DNA from: Candidatus Caldarchaeum sp.
GTDB lineage: Archaea; Thermoproteota; Nitrososphaeria_A; Caldarchaeales; Caldarchaeaceae
DNA length: 24,000 nt
Direction of reading: 5' to 3'
NCBI GenBank assembly: GCA_038740895.1
Contig: JAVYLK010000006.1
Location: 1 to 24,000, forward strand
Shown here piece by piece: positions 1 through 7,138 of this stretch. Under the pieces are notes generated by a model. It saw only the letters and a program-made list of their open reading frames with translations, was not told the origin of the DNA and did not search any database. Each line of letters opens with the position of its first letter. Within the stretch, counting starts at the first letter, position 1. The translations under genes were made by a program, and so were the position numbers.

Positions 1-1
1 T

Positions 2-187
2 GTCACTCACGACCCGATTGAAGCATCGTTGATAGCTGACAGGATCTACCTCATGGAAAACGGGCTTGTAAAAAAGTCATACACAAACCCACTTAGGGAC
101 AAGGCTGAAAAGGTGCTGGAGGAATTTAACCTTTACAGATTGCTAGACTCGATGGAAAATCACCCCTTTCAAAAGGTGTTGAAATAA
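2..187 (+). CDS. ABC transporter ATP-binding protein, C-terminal fragment (5' part outside window)
   Basis: Frame open from the window edge (nt 2) to TAA at 185-187. It translates VTHDPIEASLIADRIYLMENGLVKK..., which is the H-loop (VTHD) and distal strands of an ABC ATPase. Confidence 0.6.
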   Translation, partial: VTHDPIEASLIADRIYLMENGLVKKSYTNPLRDKAEKVLEEFNLYRLLDSMENHPFQKVLK

Positions 188-218
188 ACTTAAGTAGGTT
201 TTTAGCATATCGACTCCG

Positions 219-321
219 GGGGGTGTAGCCGAGCAAGGCCAAGGCGTCGGGCTCCAGATCACGTCCCGGCTGGTCATGAGGCGGTACCCGAAGACCGTGG
301 GTTCAAGTCCCACCACCCCCA
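219..321 (+). tRNA. tRNA-Trp (anticodon CCA) with one canonical-position intron
   Basis: Cloverleaf read by eye. Acceptor GGGGGTG (219-225) pairs with CACCCCC (314-320), discriminator A321. Anticodon stem TCGGG (247-251)/CCCGA (287-291), anticodon CCA at 254-256. A 28-nt insert at 258-285 (boundary ambiguous by 1 nt) sits at the 37/38 position. Variable AGACC; T arm GTGGG-TTCAAGT-CCCAC. Mature length 75; CCA not encoded. Confidence 0.85.
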
Positions 322-377
322 CCTCAGCTAAATCTTAAATCCTCTAGATGTTTGACTATGGGTTAGTGGCTTGAAGC

Positions 378-1094
378 GTGGAGGCCGAGGATAGTCTAAA
401 ACGACAGTTGATGAACACGATAGCCGGCGAGGTGATTTTTTCGGCGAGGCCCGGGGATGCTTTGAAGAAGTGGAGGATGTTGTTTGAGGAGAGTCAGAAG
501 AACTTGGCCAAGGCTATGGGAGTGGCCTCGTCTGTTTTGAGCGATTATGAGAAGAACCGCCGAAAGTCTCCAGGGACTGAGTTCATCAGAAGATATGTCA
601 ACGCTTTGATTAGCTTGGACGAGTCGAAGGGTGGGCTGCACATCAGGAAGTACGCTGGCTCCGTCAGGGACTTGTCGGGTGTTGTGCTTGGTATGGCTGA
701 GTACACCTCGCCTAGGACGCTGGCGGAGGTTGCTGATGCTATGAAGGGTGTTTGGCTTGCCGGGGAAGGGTTGAGGGACTCCTATGTCTACGGATACACA
801 GTTGTGGACAGCCTTCGTGCGATAAAGAACCTCGACTCACACGAATTCCTAAGACTGTTCGGCGGAAACTCTGTCCGAGTCGTGGTGTTCACAAACGTCT
901 CCAGGGGAAGATCGCCCATCATAGCAGCCAAGATATTCCCGATAAGGCCTCGGATGATAGCAATTCACGGGCCTCCAGGCAAGGAGGACGTCGACCCGTT
1001 CGCCGTGGAGCTGGCTTCGTCTGAAGGCATACCCTACGTCCTGTCTCTCCACAAAACGGTTGAAGATATACTGGACGGGCTCAGCTCGTTGTAG
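378..1094 (+). CDS. XRE-type helix-turn-helix transcriptional regulator with uncharacterised C-terminal domain (archaeal predicted-regulator family)
   Basis: 238-codon ORF with GTG start at 378 (in-frame ATG at 411). HTH signature: ALKKWRMLFEESQKNLAKAMGVASSVLSDYEKNRRKSPGTEFIRRYVNALISLD. Nested ORFs 396-641(-), 752-1024(+) and 849-1115(-) are treated as shadow ORFs. Confidence 0.6.
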   Translation: MEAEDSLKRQLMNTIAGEVIFSARPGDALKKWRMLFEESQKNLAKAMGVASSVLSDYEKNRRKSPGTEFIRRYVNALISLDESKGGLHIRKYAGSVRDLSGVVLGMAEYTSPRTLAEVADAMKGVWLAGEGLRDSYVYGYTVVDSLRAIKNLDSHEFLRLFGGNSVRVVVFTNVSRGRSPIIAAKIFPIRPRMIAIHGPPGKEDVDPFAVELASSEGIPYVLSLHKTVEDILDGLSSL

Positions 1095-1518
1095 GAGCGT
1101 CGGCTCTCTTGACAAGCTTAGCGTTCAGTATGCCGTTCACGTACCTCAGCTCTCTCAAGATGGCCTCGTAGGGTAGCTTGACAGTCCGCCTAAAGCCCAT
1201 CCCGCCTTTGAGCACTAGCTTCCTTCCGAGGAGCTCTACCTTGACGTTGCTCTCCGGGCCGGGTACTTGAGCTGTGAGGTCGACCACATCTCCCTCATGC
1301 CTTATTTCGAGAAGAAAGTCATCCCACGCTGATGCGGCTAGGCTCTTGTTCAAGGCTTTGAACCAGTAGACAGCAAGACCTACTGCTAGGCCTCCCAGAA
1401 CTAGGCCTAAAAGCCCTGTCTGAAGACGTAGCATGAATGATAGAATTGCAACTCCGACTAGGAATAGCAGGAGATAGCCCAACCCGTTGAACCCGGTTCT
1501 TTTTACGTCTCTGCTCAA
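1081..1518 (-). CDS. Membrane-anchored small protein with alpha-crystallin/Hsp20-like C-terminal domain
   Basis: 145 codons. The TTG start (1518-1516) overlaps the TGA stop of the upstream gene (TTGA at 1515-1518). Two hydrophobic N-terminal helices (GLGYLLLFLVGVAILSFML; LLGLVLGGLAVGLAVYWF). About 75 aa then fit the ACD pattern (DVVDLTAQVPGPESNVKVELLGRKLVLKG...RRTVKLPYEAILRELRYVNGILNAKLVKR). Confidence 0.55.
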   Translation of the reverse strand: MSRDVKRTGFNGLGYLLLFLVGVAILSFMLRLQTGLLGLVLGGLAVGLAVYWFKALNKSLAASAWDDFLLEIRHEGDVVDLTAQVPGPESNVKVELLGRKLVLKGGMGFRRTVKLPYEAILRELRYVNGILNAKLVKRADAPTTS

Positions 1519-4310
1519 TCCACGACCACCCTCACGTACCTAAGCACAGTTATTCCCGACTGCTGATATACTGCGCCTAAATATAAGCTATCGCCAGAAA
1601 TCCAGTGGACTATAATAGCACCGTAATTCCTCCAAGACTCCGTGAATGACTGGAAGGTCTGTCTAATTTTCTCGAAATCCCTTTCGACGGTGTAGTTTAA
1701 GACTTCATGCTTGTAGACTATGTTGGCGTTGACCGTGTCGACGGCCTCGCCTCCCAGCCCGAGCTCCGTCAGCAGCTTTCTAAGGTTTTCAATCTTGGCT
1801 TCACGCGTGAGTGCGGCGGTGGGGGGTGGTGGTTGTTCGCCGAGCAGCTTCAGAAGATAGTTTCGGAATGCTTCGTCGATTGTATTGCCGAGACCCACGT
1901 AGTAAAGGCCCGTGAACGCAGCGCCCACAACCGCTATCGTTCCGATCTGCGTGACCACCCCCTCACCCTCTCTCGCTGTGTAAACAGGTATGACGTAGAC
2001 GGGATGGTCGCCGACCTCGTAGAAGATTGTTTCACCGATTCTTGGCGAGGCTAGCAGGGTGCTTAACGTTCTGAAGGCTGGGTCTCTCTGAAGAGCCTGA
2101 AGAGCCGCTGTGGGGCCTAGAAGCTTGATGGGCGAGTCGGGGTCTACCTTGTAGAAGTACATCTCACCCGTGTGGGGGTAGTCGTTGCGCACCACGGCGT
2201 AGCCGGCCAGGTTGAGCCCTCTAGCCCCCCTCAGCTCGAGCGACAGGATGCCGATGAACTCGAGGCTGTTCATGTTGGGCAGCCTTGCTTGAACGAAGTA
2301 TACGTCTACGCCTTGAGGAATCTCGTAAAACTCTCGGGCCTGTATGAATATGGCTGGGTCGTTGATGTGGTACAGAGAAAACTGCCTTATCTGGTATGAG
2401 AAGAGCTCCGCAGGATACCTGAGCTGGTTTTCAAGCCATTGTGGAACATCATCCTTCACGTAGTCAGAGTAGACTGTTTTGAACAGCTTGGTGAAAAAGT
2501 CGTTGCCCAGCGTAATCACCTCTATCGAGCCATCGTAGACGTCCACCAGCGCTATGCCGACGAACCTGACGAGGGGGTTCTCACGAGACCACGGAGTCTT
2601 GTCGGTTGGCAGGGAGATGATGAGCGGCATCATCCAGTAGGTTTTGACGCCGTCGGTGACCGGAAACATGTCGACGTAGTCGTTTCCTAGGAAGTATGTG
2701 AAGTAGGGGAAGAGCAGGGATACTCTGTCGTGGACGTCCCGATACCTTAGTAGTGTTATGCTGCGGTCTGGGTAGCTGAGGAAGAAGGTGATGTCGTACA
2801 GCCAGCTTAGCGGGGGCCCTACCAAGACTCCGCCCTTGCCGTTGTAGACGGCTCGGCCTATCTCGTCGGGTGTTTCCTTTCCATTTATGATCGCTGCCCA
2901 TGTTGCTGAGAAGAGGCTTCGGGCTCCCCCCTCACCGTAGTATATTCTCCTCTCCTTGAAAAACTGGGAGCTGTCAACCACTTCTCCCGTGTGCGCGTCG
3001 AGCATCAGGAATCCCTGGGGGATGTGGGTGTAGACGAGATGCCTGTTGTACCAAAGGTCGGCGCTAGTCACTGTAGCGGGCAGGACGGGCTTCATCGAGG
3101 CGCTCCAGTAGAGCGTGCCGTTGAACCGCAGTATGTCCGAGTCTTCAAAATCTATGTAGGGGATGAGACCGATCTCTGGCCTGAGTTTGGCAAAGGCGGC
3201 GCTCCAGTCCCACAGCCTCGTTCGTTCGAGTATGTTCATGCTTGACCGGGTGATTGAGTCGACTTCAAACGCTTGTACCTCCATCTTGCTGAAGTTGTAT
3301 GGGAGAATCTTAACCCTCAAGTCTGACAAGTACCTGTTGACCATGATCTCCTGCATCACATAGGGGCCTCTGTACTCGATCTTCTGAGCGTCTGCGATTG
3401 TGTTCTGAACAGTCACGATGGAGGCTGTTGAGAGAGCGATTATGACAATCAGCCCTGCTCTGAGGTAGATGTTGTTCAACAGCCTTCTTCCGGAGTAGTC
3501 TAGGTACCCGTAGAAAGCTAAAACCCCTGAAGCTAGGAAGCATGCTATTATCAGCACGCGTGTGTTGTAGTCGATGTAGGTGCTGAAGAAGAGGTTGAAG
3601 CCGGTCCATGCAAGACCGAGCGCTGCGAGGAATTGTATCGTCGAGGCTTTAATCGTAATCATGCCAGTCTCGCCGAACGAGATCAAGGCTTTTGTGAAAA
3701 CCTTGACTATGTTCGTCAACCCGATTAATAGCAGGAGCCTTACGCCGATGGCGCTGAAGATAGGCGGTATCAGGAGTATGAGGGCTGGAGAGGATTCGAT
3801 TACTGCTTCTGCGCCTACTGTCTCGCCGGGCTTGAAGGGCATGAAGGGGAGTAGTAATATCCGTTGTATCTGGCTCAGGCCTGTCTCCCAGCCGTTTAGC
3901 CATGCCAGGAAAGACATGCCGAAAACGCTGTTGGAGAAAAGGAAGGTTCCCAGAAGGAGTTTGGTCAACTGCCATGCTGTGAAGGTCTGAACCGAGAGGC
4001 GGAACCTTTCGAAGTCAAGCATCCTCGTTGAAAAACCACCCCGGAGCATTATGAGCAGAGACCTCAGAGCCCATATCGTCACCGATTTCCTAGATCTGAA
4101 ATCCAGCCTGAACAGCGCTATGAACGAGAGCACGAGGCCTCCAACGATGGAGAAGTAGAAGGGTCTTATGAAGAGGTCTCCGAACTCTACGATGTTAAGG
4201 TAGACGTTCAGGAATGAGCTTCCCACCAATCCGGTCAGAAGGAACGCCACCAGAGCGACGGCAAGCGCCGCCGTGAACCGCGTCCTCCTACCCCTCGATA
4301 CATACACCAA
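1515..4310 (-). CDS. UPF0182 (COG1615)-family large polytopic membrane protein, function unknown
   Basis: 931 codons with a TTG (4310) or GTG (4307) start. The N-terminal ~300 aa hold at least 7 hydrophobic helices, followed by a large soluble region. Motifs DLWYNRHLVYTH and QLRYPAELFSYQ match what I recall as conserved in UPF0182 proteins (actinobacterial members have WINRHTVYTH and LRYPEDLFKVQ). Confidence 0.65.
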   Translation of the reverse strand: MVYVSRGRRTRFTAALAVALVAFLLTGLVGSSFLNVYLNIVEFGDLFIRPFYFSIVGGLVLSFIALFRLDFRSRKSVTIWALRSLLIMLRGGFSTRMLDFERFRLSVQTFTAWQLTKLLLGTFLFSNSVFGMSFLAWLNGWETGLSQIQRILLLPFMPFKPGETVGAEAVIESSPALILLIPPIFSAIGVRLLLLIGLTNIVKVFTKALISFGETGMITIKASTIQFLAALGLAWTGFNLFFSTYIDYNTRVLIIACFLASGVLAFYGYLDYSGRRLLNNIYLRAGLIVIIALSTASIVTVQNTIADAQKIEYRGPYVMQEIMVNRYLSDLRVKILPYNFSKMEVQAFEVDSITRSSMNILERTRLWDWSAAFAKLRPEIGLIPYIDFEDSDILRFNGTLYWSASMKPVLPATVTSADLWYNRHLVYTHIPQGFLMLDAHTGEVVDSSQFFKERRIYYGEGGARSLFSATWAAIINGKETPDEIGRAVYNGKGGVLVGPPLSWLYDITFFLSYPDRSITLLRYRDVHDRVSLLFPYFTYFLGNDYVDMFPVTDGVKTYWMMPLIISLPTDKTPWSRENPLVRFVGIALVDVYDGSIEVITLGNDFFTKLFKTVYSDYVKDDVPQWLENQLRYPAELFSYQIRQFSLYHINDPAIFIQAREFYEIPQGVDVYFVQARLPNMNSLEFIGILSLELRGARGLNLAGYAVVRNDYPHTGEMYFYKVDPDSPIKLLGPTAALQALQRDPAFRTLSTLLASPRIGETIFYEVGDHPVYVIPVYTAREGEGVVTQIGTIAVVGAAFTGLYYVGLGNTIDEAFRNYLLKLLGEQPPPPTAALTREAKIENLRKLLTELGLGGEAVDTVNANIVYKHEVLNYTVERDFEKIRQTFQSFTESWRNYGAIIVHWISGDSLYLGAVYQQSGITVLRYVRVVVD

Positions 4311-4367
4311 ATCTAAACACTGGAAAAAGGTTTGAACGGCGTGTATTATAGCTTATTCCAAATTAGG

Positions 4368-5936
4368 CTAGTGCTCCAACCCCTTCCTCAACCCTAGGTA
4401 GACCGCAAAAGCTAGGGCTGGAATAATCAACAACGCTGCAAGCGTGTTGGGCAGCGGAATCGTTGGCTGAGGCTGCTTCATCACCTCGTCAAGGTATTCG
4501 ACGTAGTCCGATAGCCATCTCTCGGACACGGACGACGCTCCTGTTAAAGCCTGCCAGCCGACCAAGACCGTTGGCGTTGAGAAGCTCAGTAAAAACCCGT
4601 AAGCACCTGCTGGAAAAGCCGCTACACCGAGTGTTAGGCAGGCGGCGGCTAGGCCGGCGGGTTTGTTTACGGCGGTTAGCCTAGTTAGGCTGTATGCTGT
4701 GAGGCATGCGAGCGCTGGTACTGCCTGGGCTAGGAACCTGTACTCGAAGTGTGTGAAGAAGAATACATAGGGTATGGAGACTCCTCCCCAGATGACCAAG
4801 GGCCTTGCTTCGACGACTCGGTTTTTCAACACGAGCACGCCGCCCAGCAGCGATAGAGCTAGGATCGGCGTCGTCAGAAGCTGGGGGGTTGTGCTAGCCC
4901 AGACCGACGCCCGCTCAAAGGCGCCCAACCCGGTGCGAGCTATGTCGTTTCTAACCATGATGGAGTGAGCAACAGGTCTTGACAGAACCCCTCTTCCAGC
5001 TATCTGGTACTCATCCCCGAGCCTAACGTTGTCGAGAAAGTACGGGTAAAGGACGATTATGCATAAGACAACAGCTAGTAGGATGTCGAAGAATCTCTCC
5101 TCGATGCTCGGCCTGCGGGATACGAGGTTTTTCTGCTCAGCTATCTTGTACACAGCCAACGTTGCGAACAACGCTACAAACGTAATGAAAACAGGGAACA
5201 CCCTGTCTAGCAAAACAACTGTGGCGATGTCGGACAGGTACTGGAGAAACACTTCCTGGGTTAGTGAGACGGCGAGGTAGGCCGTCAAGCCTAGGAGGAC
5301 GAGTGCTAGGACCTTGAGAAGCCTCGAAGTCTTTGCAACCCAGATGAGAAACAACGCCAAGACAGGTATGAGGAGGAGGTTCTGGTCCCTCGCCAGTATG
5401 GCGACTGACATAAGGATTCCTGAAAGCCACATGTAAGGACCGTACCTCAGGCCTAGGGAGAAGGACGCCAGCGCTAGAAAAGCTAGGATAGAGCCCAGCG
5501 AATCTGTCAGGATGTAGGAGGTTGTCAGGACGAAGTAGTCATGCACAACCAGCATCAAGGCGGTGAGGAAGCCTGTCAAAAAACTCTTGAAGATCTTTGA
5601 AGTTAGGAGGAAGACGGCCACGACGCCGGCCGACACCGTCAAGGGTGATATTAGCCTAGCTGTCTCGACCGGCAGGCCCGCCGTGTAAAGGAGAGCGAGA
5701 AGCCACCAGAAAAGCGGAGGCCTCTCCTCGGCGTAGGGCCCCCTTGCTTGGCTTGGTTCTATCCGGCCGCTGGCTATGAGGGCGTTGTTTATGTATGCTT
5801 TGTCGTCCCAGAAGGGTGCTTCGTTGACGAGGGCTGGAGGGAGGTAGAACGCTAGTGAAAGAAGAAAAACAGCCAGCGATAGAATGTAGTGTTTACGGGT
5901 TTTCAGCGATAGCTCGACTCCATGCAGCATGGTCAA
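4368..5936 (-). CDS. GT-C fold glycosyltransferase (PMT_2/ArnT-like, GT39/GT83-type) membrane protein
   Basis: 522 codons with a TTG (5936) or ATG (5930) start and more than 10 hydrophobic helices. The first loop has an acidic motif (APFWDDKAY), followed by ERPPLFWWLLALLY, typical of dolichyl/undecaprenyl-phosphate-sugar dependent GT-C enzymes. Confidence 0.6.
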   Translation of the reverse strand: MTMLHGVELSLKTRKHYILSLAVFLLSLAFYLPPALVNEAPFWDDKAYINNALIASGRIEPSQARGPYAEERPPLFWWLLALLYTAGLPVETARLISPLTVSAGVVAVFLLTSKIFKSFLTGFLTALMLVVHDYFVLTTSYILTDSLGSILAFLALASFSLGLRYGPYMWLSGILMSVAILARDQNLLLIPVLALFLIWVAKTSRLLKVLALVLLGLTAYLAVSLTQEVFLQYLSDIATVVLLDRVFPVFITFVALFATLAVYKIAEQKNLVSRRPSIEERFFDILLAVVLCIIVLYPYFLDNVRLGDEYQIAGRGVLSRPVAHSIMVRNDIARTGLGAFERASVWASTTPQLLTTPILALSLLGGVLVLKNRVVEARPLVIWGGVSIPYVFFFTHFEYRFLAQAVPALACLTAYSLTRLTAVNKPAGLAAACLTLGVAAFPAGAYGFLLSFSTPTVLVGWQALTGASSVSERWLSDYVEYLDEVMKQPQPTIPLPNTLAALLIIPALAFAVYLGLRKGLEH

Positions 5937-5957
5937 GACTAAGCAGCTGCCTTCAAC

Positions 5958-6371
5958 CTAAGCGTACTTGCCGCAGCTGTAGCAGTACCATCTCTGGTAC
6001 TGTTCTATCCACGTAAGGTCTTTGCCGCACGTCGGGCAGGGATACTTCTCCTTCCGACCCTTCCCGGGCTTGGCGGGGATGTACGCGGTGGCTGGCTGCG
6101 GTGCTGCCGTAGTGGTGTATGCCGGGGCTGCGGCTTGCTCCGGCTGCTTCAGCTCTATCCTCTCCTTCAAGATGACTATGTCCCCAGCTGCTCCCACCAT
6201 GTTCCAGGCTATCTTCTCAAGGTTGTTGAACTTAGAAAGCACTTGAAGGCTTATTTCTCCGCCGCCGATCGGCAGCTCCACGTCTTGAATGGTTCCGACA
6301 AGGGTGCCGTCGGGGTTGTAAACCTGCATCCCTATTAATCTTCCTCTCGGGACAGAAGACATGTACTTCAC
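5958..6371 (-). CDS. PRC-barrel domain protein with C-terminal zinc ribbon
   Basis: 137 codons with GTG start at 6371 (ATG at 6362 in frame). PRC-barrel pattern RLIGMQVYNPDGTLVGTIQDVELPIGGGEISLQVL...GDIVILKERIE. A Pro/Ala/Thr-rich linker follows. The C-terminus has CPTCGKDLTWIEQYQRWYCYSCGKY (CxxC...CxxC). Confidence 0.7.
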   Translation of the reverse strand: MKYMSSVPRGRLIGMQVYNPDGTLVGTIQDVELPIGGGEISLQVLSKFNNLEKIAWNMVGAAGDIVILKERIELKQPEQAAAPAYTTTAAPQPATAYIPAKPGKGRKEKYPCPTCGKDLTWIEQYQRWYCYSCGKYA

Positions 6372-6392
6372 CGCTTGGATGTCAAAGGATGT

Positions 6393-6404
6393 TAAAATAT
6401 TTTA
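6393..6404. promoter_or_regulatory. Perfectly palindromic TATA-like box in divergent intergenic region
   Basis: TAAAATATTTTA is its own reverse complement. Its centre lies ~27 nt from the PRC-barrel GTG (6371, minus) and ~42 nt from the MazG-like ATG (6440, plus), which is preceded by GGTGAGG (6425-6431), a possible Shine-Dalgarno. Confidence 0.45.
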
Positions 6405-6439
6405 CTAGTGGTTTTCCGCTTGATGGGTGAGGGTTTTCG

Positions 6440-6733
6440 ATGGACATTAGGTCGGCTCAGCTGTTGATGGATGACCTGTATGGTTTGAGGGACAGGAGGC
6501 GGGGCTTGGAGAGGACGTTTACATGGTTCGTGTCGGAAGTGGGGGAGCTAGGAGACGCCGTCGTCAAGAACAAGGAAGCTTCCAGAGTTGGGGAGGAGGC
6601 GGCTGACGTGCTTGCCTGGCTGCTTAGCTTCTGCAACGTGGCCGGGCTTGACCTGGAACGGGCCTTCACAGAGAAGTATGGAGAAGCATGCCCGCGCTGC
6701 CGTTCAAAACCATGCGGCTGCCCTCCAGTCTAG
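6440..6733 (+). CDS. MazG-like nucleotide pyrophosphohydrolase domain protein
   Basis: 97 codons. The four-helix MazG pattern includes FVSEVGELGDAV and GEEAADVLAWLLSFCNVAGLDLERAF. Cys-rich tail CPRCRSKPCGC. Confidence 0.7.
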   Translation: MDIRSAQLLMDDLYGLRDRRRGLERTFTWFVSEVGELGDAVVKNKEASRVGEEAADVLAWLLSFCNVAGLDLERAFTEKYGEACPRCRSKPCGCPPV

Positions 6734-6963
6734 CGAGACCTCTGCCTAATCTCGTCCTCTATCTCCTCAAGGGTCTTCCCGGTGACGTCTATCCCGAGAG
6801 CGCGTGCTTTCTCGAGAATTTCCTCACGCTTCGATGCCTTCTCAAACTCCCTCTTCGCCTCCCCGAATGACTTGGCCAGCTTGGGCAGCTTGCCCGGAAG
6901 GATGTAGATGGCTATCAGTATGATGGCCGCTATTATCGCAACCTCTGTTAACGAGACCGCCAT
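6730..6963 (-). CDS. tatA: Sec-independent (Tat) translocase protein TatA/E
   Basis: 77 codons. An N-terminal TM helix (VAIIAAIILIAIYIL) is followed by PGKLPKLAKSFGEAKREFEKA, the TatA hinge/amphipathic-helix signature. Confidence 0.75.
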   Translation of the reverse strand: MAVSLTEVAIIAAIILIAIYILPGKLPKLAKSFGEAKREFEKASKREEILEKARALGIDVTGKTLEEIEDEIRQRSR

Positions 6964-6986
6964 GTCATAACGTTTCTACAGCAAGA

Positions 6987-6994
6987 CTTAAAGG
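6987..6994. promoter_or_regulatory. Possible shared TATA-like element for tatA (minus) and tRNA-Val (plus)
   Basis: CTTAAAGG is centred ~27 nt from the tatA ATG (6963) and ~29 nt from the tRNA-Val 5' end (7019). It is a weak match to an archaeal TATA box. Confidence 0.3.
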
Positions 6995-7018
6995 TTTAGA
7001 CAGAGTTGAGAAAGCTGG

Positions 7019-7092
7019 GGGCCGGTGGTCTAGCCTGGTATGACGCCGCCCTCACACGGCGGAGGTCGGCGGTTCAAGTCCGCCCCGGCCCA
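7019..7092 (+). tRNA. tRNA-Val (anticodon CAC), intronless
   Basis: Acceptor GGGCCGG/CCGGCCC plus A7092. Anticodon stem CCGCC (7046-7050)/GGCGG (7058-7062), loop CT-CAC-AC (anticodon 7053-7055). T arm GGCGG-TTCAAGT-CCGCC. Length 74 nt. Confidence 0.95.
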
Positions 7093-7096
7093 CGCC

Positions 7097-7101
7097 TTTT
7101 T
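7097..7101 (+). terminator. Oligo-T tract just after tRNA-Val
   Basis: TTTTT starts 5 nt after the tRNA 3' end. Archaeal RNA polymerase terminates at oligo-T runs. Confidence 0.4.
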
Positions 7102-7108
7102 AGAATGC

Positions 7109-7115
7109 TTATATT
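7109..7115 (+). promoter_or_regulatory. TATA-like box upstream of the CoxL-like gene
   Basis: TTATATT is centred 27 nt upstream of ATG 7139, which is leaderless-type spacing. Confidence 0.4.
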
Positions 7116-7138
7116 CAAGCTAGTATATACTTTAATCT

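Noticed and set aside
258-285. tRNA-Trp intron as a C/D-box guide RNA, as in some euryarchaea
   Set aside because: The intron is only ~28 nt. It has no RUGAUGA/CUGA box pair, only a loose UCAUGAGG.
1707-3990. Plus-strand ORFs (1707-2054, 2172-2399, 2439-2690, 2991-3245, 3163-3363, 3580-3990) and minus-strand off-frame ORFs (2581-2901, 3310-3609, 3649-3975)
   Set aside because: All are nested inside the 931-codon UPF0182 gene. Their translations are Arg/Pro/Ser-rich or low-complexity with no motifs, as is typical of shadow ORFs in GC-rich coding DNA.
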